Shown piece by piece: positions 1 through 10,399 of a stretch of DNA of 64,000 bases. Both the position numbers and the translations under genes were made by a program. Within the stretch, counting starts at the first letter, position 1. Each line of letters starts with the position of its first letter. Source of the DNA: Antedon mediterranea (lineage: Eukaryota; Animalia; Echinodermata); the NCBI RefSeq assembly GCF_964355755.1, contig NC_092678.1, forward strand, positions 15,481,881 to 15,545,880, in the 5' to 3' direction. The notes beneath the pieces are model-generated. The model was given only the letters and a program-made list of their open reading frames with translations, searched no databases and was not told where the DNA came from.

Positions 1-441
1 TATCATCGCTTTGTTCCTGTTTCTCTGGCACAGATGCAGGTCTACAAACTTAGTACCCAGATAAACCCTCCGGATGTGGTAGTGATTCAAGAATCTTTCA
101 GTGATGAAAATGAAATTGTTGCTGATACACAAACCACCATTATTAGACTTCAGAATTTTGTGTGCTGTAGTTATGATGGTGTCCCATGGATTGGTTTGGT
201 TGTGGATGTCTCAGAAGAGTTTCGGGATTATCAAATTAAATTTATGCATCCTCATGGGCCAGCGAAAACCTTTTATTGGCCGTCCAAAGAAGACTGTTGT
301 TGGATTCCTGAATCAAATGTACATTGTATTATAGCTTCTCCGTTTATAAAATCCTCTTTGACTAGGAATTACAGTATTTCCCAAAATGATCGCCACAACC
401 TTTCTAAATACTGTTTGAATTGGCCAGATGACAAGGAGTAA
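1..441 (+). CDS. C-terminal part of a putative DNA transposase (Sola-like); ORF runs off the window start
   Basis: The frame is open from base 1 (YHRFVPVSLAQMQVYK...). It ends in WIGLVVDV...IKFMHPHGPAKTFYWPSKEDCCWIP, a tail I recognise from invertebrate transposon-borne proteins, and lies about 600 bp inside a transposon-like end at 1050. The superfamily assignment is from memory. Confidence 0.5.
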   Translation, partial: YHRFVPVSLAQMQVYKLSTQINPPDVVVIQESFSDENEIVADTQTTIIRLQNFVCCSYDGVPWIGLVVDVSEEFRDYQIKFMHPHGPAKTFYWPSKEDCCWIPESNVHCIIASPFIKSSLTRNYSISQNDRHNLSKYCLNWPDDKE

Positions 442-1050
442 AGGCCAGACATAGACAATTGTAACATTATAATATTTAGTTTGTAAATAAAATTATTTTT
501 GGAAAACATCAAATTGACATTGAAGTAATGCATGGACAGACACCAAAAATACACTAAAAGGAAGAGGTATGTCAACTTCAAATTGTAATTTCATGGAAAC
601 AAAGAAAAAAACCCCTCCAATTTTTTTATATGTTGTAGTTGACACGTAGGGCTACATTTTTCGTGATAGTCACCAACAAATCGGGCGTGTTCCACGGGGT
701 CAATTTCAAGGTCAAAATATATGTCAAAGTTTTATTCAACTTAAAATTAACATAAAACACACACAATTAGTATATTTAGATTCCTTATGGTCTCCCCTTT
801 ACAAAAATACCTTTGCTTTTAAAATCGAACGTATAGTTCCCGAGATACAGCTCTTTGAAACATGGCGGACGCGCCCTTTTTTGCGTAAAAACCGAAAATT
901 GAAATTGTGATATCTCGAAAACCGTTGGTCCGATAAAGTTAAAATTTGAAATTTTGGCTTTAATTGCTATGAATCACCCATATACCAAATTTCATCAAAA
1001 TTGGAAGAGGTAGGGTTTAACTCATTGGGTGATCTGAGATGGAATGACCC
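1..1050 (+). mobile_element. Right end of a DNA transposon (Sola2/Sola3-like) inserted into the 3' region of the Ngaro element
   Basis: Terminus ...TGGGTGATCTGAGATGGAATGACCC (reverse complement starts GGGTCATTCCA, a GRG-type end) is followed by TTAA at 1051-1054, a candidate 4-bp TSD. The left end is outside the window. Confidence 0.5.
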
Positions 1051-1213
1051 TTAAGCATCAAATATATACATCTATAAATCTACTTGAGTCTGATTAAAAT
1101 ACAATAAAATATGAAATTGGCTGTATATAAGACATGATTCTGGGTGTCAGCGCCAAAAACCCAGCCTTGGATGGGTTCCCACCCAGACCAAACAAAAACC
1201 ACGGACCTGCCCC

Positions 1214-2145
1214 TTATGAACTGAACGATGAAATACGAATGTATTTCTTGAAAACAGAAGATTTCCATCTCCCAAATTGTTGAATGAGGCTATCTGACAT
1301 GCCTAATGACGCAGCATGTGTTGCTGCCCCAATACGAAAACTGTGGCCCTTGTAATGGCTCGGATTCAACCCAATAAACGACACTGCCGCTCTCAGCCGG
1401 CACGACACAAATTGTTGTGTAACCGCCTTGCCATCAAGGTGCTGAAACAAGGGACCTGTGGACTGTTGGCCATGTGCGAGGTAGTTTGTTAGTGCGGCTA
1501 CTGGGCAGTACTTTTCTCTAACCCATGGTGCAAATGATACCGAAACGGGGGGTTTTCCAACTCCAGTTTTGTGGTGTCGTATTATGATTAAGGCCCCAGT
1601 TTCGTTCAGAGTTAAATCGTTGCGCTGTACTACGTTCGAATCTTTGGCTTTAGATGCCAATTCTCCAAGTCGAAAAAACCCCGGAAACGCTGTAAGAAAT
1701 AATGCTTCAAGTAACAAACGATGGGGTAGTAATGGTTCTATAAACTGCAATGCATCGAGTAGCCTAATCAAGATCCCTTTTGTTATGGGAAGCCGAGAGT
1801 CCACTTTTGCCGCCCTAGAATGAATTCCGCGGATAATTTTTTGAACGAGGAAAAACCCGCTAGGATCCGGTAGGCCTACTAACTTGTGTACGAACGAGAT
1901 TGCAGACATATGCGAGGAAATTGTTCCCGGTGCCAGACCTTTGTCAAATAAATGAGACAGGAAATTACAAATTGTACCTACATTAAGTGGTAAGGGTACT
2001 CGTTTTCCTGACCAGGATGCCAACAGTTGCAGACTACGTCTGTAAGCCTTTCTGGTGGCTGGTGCGAGGGAGGATTTGATTAAGGAGACCACTGTCGGTG
2101 TCAGAGTGGGATTGGCTGCTCCTTGCTGTGGGTCTATGGAGAAGC
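1214..2145 (-). CDS. Tyrosine recombinase (YR) of the Ngaro element
   Basis: ORF 1214..2092 has FFRLGEL (catalytic R), HHKTG (K), HSFRIGAAT (HxxR), GRWKS and KKYIR (catalytic Y). It has no ATG start; the frame is open back to an AG acceptor at 2146-2147. Confidence 0.95.
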
Positions 2146-2195
2146 CTGTAAAATAAACTATACAAATTAATCTTGTTTAACGTAAGTAAGTTATT

Positions 2196-2363
2196 GAAGC
2201 AGCTCCCGGCTGGACTTCAGGTTTTGTGCAAAGTAATTTAGAAGCAGCCCAAGCTGGACTTCATCGTTCGTGACCGAGTACTTATAAGCAGCCCAAGCTG
2301 AACTTTTCGTACTGCATAATGATTCCAGACCATTTAAATGTGAAGCAGCTCATGCTGTACTTC
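2196..2363 (-). repeat. Array of four conserved bulged-hairpin repeats separated by unique spacers
   Basis: Repeats at 2196-2218, 2241-2262, 2286-2305 and 2342-2363. Minus-strand consensus is GAAG-TN-CAGC-(4-5 nt loop)-GCTG-CTTC. Spacers are 22, 23 and 36 nt. Confidence 0.85.
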
Positions 2364-4089
2364 TGTAGGATGAGCGCTAAGAGACTTATCCAATCACAAT
2401 GCTTTGTTGATTTTGAGCCTAGACAGTAGGTCAGCCAACACATTTTCCTTGCCTGGAATGTGTTTTGCTTTGAACAGAATGTTGTGTTTTAGGCAACAAA
2501 GCACCAAGCGTCACAGAAGCCGCAGGAGAGTAGCGTCTTTCGCGGTTTTTTTGTTAAGTATTTCGCAAACTGCTTGGTTGTCGGACCGAAATAGGATCCT
2601 CTTATTCGCGAGCCTGGGTGCCCACGTTTCCAACGCAATCACAATTGGAAACAATTCAAGTACAGCTATGGACCTGCCTAAAAATGAACACGGCCAAGGA
2701 AATGCAAACCAATCACTTCCTAAGATAGCACCGCATCCGATTGAACCCGCCGCGTCGGTAAATAATCGGATCGTATCCGAGGTGATCCATTTTTTCGGAA
2801 GAATGAGGGCTTTGCCATTGAAATGTTTAATAAAGGTAAGCCACATGTACAGATCCTGTTTCGCTTCTAAACTAAGCCTAATGAAATGGTTTGGGTGTTT
2901 TGCAAGGGAGAGGAGGTTGATGAGTCTTCGCAAAAAAGTTCGACCCGGTAGGACAACTGAACAAGCATAACTCAAGAGCCCTATTAACGATTGTAGTTCC
3001 CTTAAAGTAACTTTTTTCCTTGTTACAAATTTATCTAGAATTGATTTTATTTTCGTTACTTTTGCCTCCGGCAAGCGACATATCATGTTGATTGAATCAA
3101 TTTCAATGCCGTAAATGATGATATTCGTCGTTGGAGCGACTGTCTTAGAATCTTTTATGGGTACTCCAATTCTGCGACAAAGGAATATGAAACTGGCTAA
3201 TGCTTCGCGACAGGTTTTCGAATGCGCCGGGCCTACGAACCAGAAATCGTCTAAAATGTGCGAAGACTCATGAACCTGAAATTTGTTCCCCATGATCCAT
3301 ATTATTGCTCGACTAAATGACTCAAATATTTGGCAGGATCTGCTAGCCCCCATTGGTAGACACTTGTCAAAGTAAAGTAGACCCTCCAGACTGAAACCTA
3401 ACAGATGATAGTCGTCCGGATGGATCGGGACAATGCGAAAAGCATCTTCGATATCTGGCCATAAGGCATCCTATTCCATTGCGGAGAACAAGCATTATTA
3501 CCGAATCTATTGTATCGTAGTATGACACGGCAGAGGCTTCGGAAGGGATACCGGAGTTTACAGAGACACCCCGCGGGTATGACAGGTCTTGTATAATACG
3601 GAATTTTCCTGCCTCCGCCTTTGGAATGACGCCCAACGGTGATGCGACAAAATCTGAGAAAGGTGGGGAGACAAACGGGCCTGCTAGCCTTTTGCGTTGG
3701 ATACCAATCTTAATAAAAGTTGTGATTTGCTCCGGATGGTTAATGGCGCTAGGATGGTTGCGTGCGATTCCCGGCGGAGGGGGAGTGTTGCAACAAAGTC
3801 TGAACCCGATTGAAAATCCCGAAATTAAATTTGTAAAGAGGCGTGGTGAATAACCGGTTAAGTACGAGGCCAGCACTTTAACTTTTACTGGTGTTGGTAA
3901 TGTTGCCTTGCTTGGCTGTTTGATTTCTGGCCGTGATATGTCCGAATCCAGAGGGACGCTGTTTCCTGCAGCGGATCTTGAGATGAGGGAGGTCGCACAA
4001 GGGACAGTTGTGTTTGAAAGTACAACAGGGATGTGCTGTGCAGGTTTTTCCTGTATGGAAGGCAAAGCAGTAGCCTTTGGGAACCCCAC
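2334..4089 (-). pseudogene. Reverse transcriptase/RNase H (pol) of the Ngaro element, disrupted
   Basis: Motifs SPLGVIPK..GKFRIIQDLSYP, DIEDAFRIVPIHP, DKCLPMG, HILDDF, and RNaseH FTDAAGSIG, LELFPI, SDNQAV, HIPGKENVLADLLSR. There is one frameshift near 3456 and in-frame TGA stops at 2511-2513 and 2394-2396. The natural stop is at 2334-2336. Confidence 0.92.
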
Positions 4090-4801
4090 GAAAGGGCTGA
4101 TTGAATCCCGTTCTCACCCCTGAAGTGGTCATCGGGACCGATTGATATGTTACTAGCTTTAGCATCAGTTCGGTGTGCAGTACCTCCCACTTCAAGGAGC
4201 GTCCTTGACGGGCTCTTCTGAATTGTTCATCGTATGCTCGCCATGCATTGTTCTGTGCAGTAATTGACAACTCCAAAATGTTGTTCGCATATTTTAAAAT
4301 GTTAAAACATTCCTTTGGGAATTTTTCCAAGAAAATGGCTGCATAGATGTGGAACGCCTGTTGCCATTCTAAAACCGTGAGCGGTTTCCGTTTTTGGTCG
4401 CTCTCGACTCGCACTTGGTTTCCTGCTATAGTCACCGACATATGCGGGTCGCGTTGGTTGGGGAGCAGAGACCTTATTTCGATATATTGATCGTTCCAAA
4501 TTTTTGTTTTGGTGGGAAGAGGAATGTCCGACCCCAAGGCAATAGTGTCCATCATTGTCAATTGACACCCAGTTGACGGCTCACCTTGGAGAAGGTCGCT
4601 GATTAAAGGGGTAACCGCTTCTTCCATCGCCGATGGTCCATCTCCCTCTGATGAATTAGTAGCAGGAGGCGCATCGGTCGGTTTCTTCATCTGTTTTGCT
4701 ACGGCCTCTGCCAATTTTTCATAGTCGATATTAGCTGTTAGTTGTTCCGTTGTGGTTGGTTTTGGTGCCGCTGACCGGCGGGTGGACTTTGATTTCGGCA
4801 T
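3878..4801 (-). CDS. Gag-like protein with C-terminal zinc fingers (Ngaro)
   Basis: Motifs KIWNDQYIEIRSLL, EWQQAFHIYAAI, WRAYDEQFR and the Cys/His cluster CFAFHTGKTCTAHPCCTFKHNCPLCDLPH. It overlaps the pol ORF. The likely ATG is at 4801. Confidence 0.88.
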   Translation of the reverse strand: MPKSKSTRRSAAPKPTTTEQLTANIDYEKLAEAVAKQMKKPTDAPPATNSSEGDGPSAMEEAVTPLISDLLQGEPSTGCQLTMMDTIALGSDIPLPTKTKIWNDQYIEIRSLLPNQRDPHMSVTIAGNQVRVESDQKRKPLTVLEWQQAFHIYAAIFLEKFPKECFNILKYANNILELSITAQNNAWRAYDEQFRRARQGRSLKWEVLHTELMLKLVTYQSVPMTTSGVRTGFNQPFRGVPKGYCFAFHTGKTCTAHPCCTFKHNCPLCDLPHLKIRCRKQRPSGFGHITARNQTAKQGNITNTSKS

Positions 4802-4913
4802 TTTACCTAGATAATAGTAATTAAAGAACAAAAAAAATATATATCTATATAAAGTAGTTGCGGGTTTATATCCCGTGGTAACATGTATGATTCACCCATC
4901 GATTTGCAAGTAA

Positions 4914-5364
4914 CCTGGTGGCACAGCATAGCTGGTAATTACCCAGGTAAACATCCAAACGTGGGTGAGCCAACCAACCAAAAAGAAATATAATTAACAT
5001 GGTATAAAAAGCTATATAAGCATAGTATGGTCGGCCCCACCACTTGGCCTGGAGGCACAGCATAAAACTGCTGGAAGTTACCCAGGACCGATAGTTGGTG
5101 GCTACGTTATTATAAATAAAAATACATTCGGCGGAGAGTAAAAAACTGCCAATCGATATGGCATAGTATAACACCATATATATTTTATCTGTATTTTATT
5201 GTTAACCGTTTTTGATGTTGTATTGTTTTATGTTTCAAACCTGTTAGTGGCGGTATTTATCGCTGTTGGTTTTGATTGAATAAAATAAAAATAAAAATAA
5301 AAAATAAAGATAAAATGGCCGACCATAAGATAAAAAGCCTGGTAATAGCTGGAAATTACCCAGG
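4914..5364 (-). repeat. Three dispersed CCTGG...CCAGG hairpin motifs between SGNH and gag
   Basis: Copies at 4914-4947, 5048-5086 and 5338-5364 share GCTGG(T/A)A(A/G)TTACCCAGG on the + strand and each is closed by a CCTGG/CCAGG stem. Confidence 0.7.
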
Positions 5365-5603
5365 AAAACCATGTAATGAGTTGGTGGTTAGGTAGGCCTA
5401 CCGTAATCATAGGTAGTAGACTACTAAGTAATAGTAGAAGAAAGATAATTATACTGTATAGTATAAAATACTATATCTATATATATAATATATAATAGTA
5501 GTAGCAGTATTATTGCATATTCTTATAAAAAAAAAATATCATCAATAAATTTTTTATTTTTATTTATTTTTTTTTTTTTTATATTTACTGATGATAGAAA
5601 CAT

Positions 5604-6150
5604 TTATTTAAATACTGGCCTTTTAAGAATTTTTTCTTCGTGCATCATCGCTCCTCTTACACTCCTCATATACTTGTACATGCCTGATGGACCGAGATGG
5701 ACACCGTCTACATGTAGATGAGACAAATCGCCCCATAATCCTCTGTGCTTCCATTATACCTCCATGCATAGTATAACATCATGCCTATTTGCAAACCGCC
5801 TTTCTAAAGTTCGGTTGAGTTCAATGATCCTGTCGTTAAAGCGACCACCCACTACGTTCGGCGATCGTTTAAGGAGTTGACAAATCATCACGAGTTTACA
5901 ACCTGTTCCGCATAGCAGGAAGTCAACTAAAGTGCATAAGCGTGCGACTATGTAGCGATTATCTCGGTCAGCTAGGTCGTTTTCTCCAAGTTGTATAATT
6001 ACAACATCAGGCGACACAGGCCAAGCATATAATAAAGATGGGTATTGATGAAGTTTAAGACCCCCTCTACATCTGTAGGCAATAACAAAGTTGTGTTTCG
6101 ATAGTCTCATATTAGCCGCATTGTTGAACGGCGTGTTGGCATAGTCACGT
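5604..6150 (-). pseudogene. SGNH/GDSL hydrolase of the Ngaro element, C-terminal part
   Basis: CRGG (block II) and PDVVIIQLGENDL (block III GxND). After an in-frame TAA at 5754-5756 the frame continues WKHRGLWGDLSHLHVDGVHLGPSG (block V DxxH). Confidence 0.88.
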
Positions 6151-9100
6151 CAGTGGGACAGCCAGTCGACAAATCGTGTCAAATTTCGACTCGGAGAGGG
6201 CGCCCTACTTTTCTAATTTAGTTCAAAATTGCTAAATTTTAGGGTGTTGGAAAAACACAATATTTGTAAATTTAGCTGATTATCGGAAAAATATTGTTAG
6301 TGAAATAAATTCATAAATGGTTTTAATATAATTTGTCACGTAAAATTAAATGTATTTGAACAAAACGATAATCTGTAATTTAACGGCAAAATCAACCAAT
6401 GTCTTTTTTCCGAAATTGTACCCTAGAAAATCGTTAAAATAAAATATTTAGAAAAATTGAACAGTCCTGAATTTAAAATCCCTGTTAGAAAAATTAATAA
6501 TCTACAGAATACGATATTAAGATACAAAATTCGGTGGTTGGGATGCAGCTCCGACTATTCAAACTAAAGGTACCACTATTTGTTCCATCGAAAACTAGCG
6601 AAACCGCCATTTTGTAAACACATCGTCATCGTGTTTATGAATTTATTTATAGCGAACGATATACGCGATGTTTATAATTGTCCGCGTATAAGAATTCATA
6701 TAAATAAATACATTCCAATACAACGTATATTATTACTTGTTTATTTATCACAGTATACATTTTAGTTGAGGAATATTTATCATAACTATTATAATAGCTT
6801 TTATACGAGTCCGAGGCCTAGCCCTATTTAGCGAGCGATTGTTCCAGGGGCGGAAAGTCACTTAGTGACGTTGTGATCGGGCGCGTCGGGCCTAGCTAAT
6901 ATTAATAATATGACCTGAAATAAGCGGCTAACAAGAACTGTTATATACTTGCTTACAATTGTTTTGTTATTGATGAACAAACAAGCAATTAGATTGAATA
7001 ACAAATTATTTATTCATTTTTTTTTTGGGTAAAAACATGTACAAACTAGGCTAGTCCTGTATAATATAAATTAATAGTAATATTAAACTAATACAGTATT
7101 AATAAAATATAAAATAGGCCTAACATACAATAAATATTCAATTTTTAAGGTCTACCACATGACAATAACATAATTTACAGAGTATAGTGTAGTAGGTTTG
7201 CATTCAACATAAATATTTGTATTGTAATTCATCTAAATTCTCTGCAACATACATATAATATTTGTAATTCAACATTTTGTTTTAAATAATTAAATTATAG
7301 TTTGGGTATGACAATGTCAGTAGGTACCGGTGTCATCTTTTTATCCACTTCACTCTCAGTTTGAAGTCACAAAGACAAAGAACTCTGCATCATCAACGAT
7401 TCCTGAAAGTGTCAGAAAAAATAATAAATATTATTTAAAAAAAAATTTTAATGTCTGGTTGTATATATAATTATAATATTATATGACGACATAAAAGCAG
7501 GGAGTTGTAACAACTCCCTGATAAAAGTAAGGCAAATGGAAGCTGTATTTTATTAATTAATATTACAGTATTTGCTATTATTATTTATATAATCTAGGCC
7601 TACTAGTAGCCTAGCTAGGCATCAATTGAGCCTAATAAATCAAATAATAAATGAAAAATAAATAATAATATTAGTACTGATTGAAAAAAAGTATTTTTTG
7701 GGGGGGATCAGATCACCAGGTTAGGCCGGCCGCGATTTTTTTTTTCGTACATAAGTTGGGGACCCCATCATGAAACGTCACAAAATAAACATGAATAATT
7801 CATCAGTTAAATTTTCTTGTTCCGTGTGCACCCAAGCGTATAGCAACAAGAAGTGATTACACAAGTGCGGTTACTAGGCCTATCTCCGCTGTGGTTGCCG
7901 CGTGCGATTTCATAATAGAATAGCGGAGTTTTGTGTGGATTGTCGAAATAATCAGCCTTTAGTTTATGGTGTTTTTAATATAGTTTATTACTAAAGAATT
8001 ACGTGTTAAAATTATAGTTTCTATTGATACTATTAGGCTTAATTACTAGTCTCTAATCTAAACCCCTGTATATTCTAGTAGTAGCTGTGTGGGTGTGTGT
8101 GACTTGTGTCTTTGGGCTATGTCCAATTACTACTTAGTTTAATGTCTTGCCTAGCTGTCGATTAGCCTCGACACATTTTGCATAGTGGACGTGTGTGTGA
8201 AGAAGAGTGCGCGAAGGCAATCACGTGAATTGACCTAGAATCCTAGGCCTATTATTGTAGAAAGAATCGTATCGCAGTTGTTGTTCCGTGTGCACCCAAG
8301 CGTTCTTGGACATAGCCCAAAGAAAGCTTAGACCCACAAGAATAAAGAATGTGTATAATTTGTGTACTGTATTTTTTAAATTCTGCTATCAATTATCAAA
8401 CAATATGCAATGTACTCAAAGGAACTTTAAAAATGCGCGTATATGAACACATGAGATGGGAAGATTTGACCCACGAGAATAAAAAATGTATTTTTGTGTA
8501 ATGTTTATTGTTTAATTTTGCTGACTTATTACTCGGATTGTGTCATACCAAAGATAGTGTAACTATTGCCAAAGATAGTTACACTATCTTTGGTCATACC
8601 TAACACACACACACGTCACACACATCCACACAGCTACTACTAGAATAGACATGGGTTTAGAGACTAATAATTAGGCCTAATAGTATTAATAGAAACTATA
8701 ATTTTAACACGTAATTCTTTAGTAATAAATTTTATTAAAAACACCATAAACTAAAGGCCGATTATTTCGACAATCCACACAAAACGCCGCTATTCTTCAA
8801 CAGCGGAGATAGGCCTAGAATCGTACCGCACTTGTGTAATCACTTCTTGTTGCTATACGCTTGGGTGCACACGGAACAAGAAAATTTAACTGATGAATTA
8901 TTCATGTTTATTTTGTGACGTTTCATGAGGGGGTCCCCAACTTATGTACGAAAAAAAAATCGCAGGCCGGCCAGGACCAATGATACTCGTAATCAGTACA
9001 ACTTAACGACTATCGGATCAGCATCAACACAGTACAACACACGTCTCGCTATCGCCTATACTGACACACGTGTCTCGCGTTGCCGAAACCACGCTCACAG

Positions 9101-9594
9101 CTAGAAAATGTACCTACCTTTCGAGGCCTGAGAATACACCAACACATTTTGAACAGGATAGAAATATATCATACTCGATTAAACTAATATTATTCTTGAT
9201 AAAACAATTGATTATAATTTTTTTAATTTGTTGGGATGCACCTCCGACTATTCAGAAAATGGACAACAAAACAGTAGTCAAATCGTACCACATTTATAAA
9301 TTTCACGAGTCCCGACTTCAGTCGCCGAATGTATTGTATTAGCTTCGGTTTCTTTGAAGGAAACCGATTGGTTATTCAATTATACTTATTAGGAAATGCT
9401 TTTACCATAATAGGTAATGTTGGGCGGTTCTTAAATATTCATGCGAGCTTAAAATAAAACAGCACTTTTTTGCTAGGCGACGAAAAATCGTGGTTTCAGT
9501 TTTCAACGATAGGTGGCGCTTCAAAATCGTCAATGCGGAAGTAAGTCGATTTTACACGATTTAACGGTCAAAACGCGAAGTGGCTTTCCCACTG
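6151..9594. mobile_element. Non-autonomous TIR DNA transposon inserted in the SGNH gene
   Basis: TIRs CAGTGGGACAGCCA and TGGCTTTCCCACTG (1 mismatch in 14), with ACGT on both sides. Removing the element plus one ACGT restores the SGNH reading frame. Confidence 0.9.
7732..8963. mobile_element. Non-autonomous MULE (Mutator-like) foldback element, copy 1
   Basis: Long TIRs start GCGATTTTTTTTTTCGTACATAAGTTGGGGACCCC. 9-bp TSD AGGCCGGCC at 7723-7731 and 8964-8972. Confidence 0.9.
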
Positions 9595-9645
9595 ACGTAG
9601 CCTCCGAATAAAGGAGTGCCCGAAAAGGCATACCGTAATTGGCAT
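9595..9645 (-). pseudogene. SGNH hydrolase N-terminus (block I) separated by the TIR insertion
   Basis: Translates MPITVCLFGHSFIRRLR, with a GHS nucleophile motif, and joins in frame to DYANTPFNNAANMRLSK at 6146. Confidence 0.88.
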
Positions 9646-9849
9646 GATACCTTTATAAATTAAAACAGTTACTTACAGAAACGAGGGAGAATGCGTAAAA
9701 TACAGTTGAATTCTGAAGAAATCACGAATAGTTAGGATGTGATACGAAAAATTACTCTCCAAATATATAATGACAACGATGAAATGGAATTTGAAAATTG
9801 AGTTTTGACGCAGGACGTAGGTTTAGTCTTAATTAAAACAAAGGAGAGG

Positions 9850-9885
9850 ATTAAACCACATGCGCCGCCGCTTATAAAGCCCCTC
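9850..9885 (-). promoter_or_regulatory. Putative Pol II promoter (TATA-like box) of the Ngaro element
   Basis: Minus strand reads GGGGCTTTATAAGCGGCGGCGC (TTTATAA at 9872-9878), a TATA-like box in GC-rich flanks about 230 bp upstream of the SGNH ATG. Confidence 0.45.
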
Positions 9886-10399
9886 CAGCGATATGTTATG
9901 CATGACTTGGCAAATGAAACACCCTCTATAAGGAATTACAATTATACCTGTCTGCTAAGTGACACAAAACTATTTTCCTATATGCTTCGGAAAATTCTCT
10001 TCATGATCAATTTGAAACTCGATGATAGCTCAAACGCAAGCTGGGGGTGGTCCAGTATGAACGTCTGGCTAGTTATCGCATTTTTTATACCTCCATGGTT
10101 ATCGTAAGGTTCCACTAGAGGATAAATTACACTTTTTCTTCAGTGTTCTCAATGTACATACTATAGTACAAAATTACGTCAGAGTAGGGCAATTATATTA
10201 CGAATACTCAACCCCCTGACACAAAGATATTCCACCGTATTCAAATACAATTATCACATGTCGATGATGTACCCGCTGCTTACTTGGGTTCGAATCTCAT
10301 CCTAGCCATCAGCGTCCCATCTGTATTTAAATTTACGTAAGGACAAAATTCGCTAAATCTCGCGTTACCCGGTTTATTAATTAAGTTAAATTAAAATTT

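Larger units (their letters stand above)
1055..9940 (-). mobile_element. Ngaro-type (DIRS order) tyrosine-recombinase retrotransposon, decayed
   Basis: Co-oriented SGNH hydrolase, zinc-finger gag, overlapping RT/RNaseH and YR. No methyltransferase follows RNaseH, which fits Ngaro rather than DIRS1. The 5' boundary near 9940 is approximate, and the 3' repeats are not in the window. Confidence 0.85.

Noticed and set aside
2196-2363. Canonical CRISPR array
   Set aside because: The context is eukaryotic, there are no cas genes, there are only four degenerate repeats with variable loops, and one repeat overlaps RNaseH codons. Reported as a hairpin array instead.
2404-2970. 188-aa plus-strand ORF, and the other antisense ORFs at 1569-1823, 3626-3853 and 3908-4123
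   Set aside because: These are antisense shadows of the pol, YR and gag frames with no recognisable motifs.
10280-10315. tRNA or SINE B-box GGGTTCGAATCTC
   Set aside because: Isolated motif with no A box or cloverleaf; too little to call.
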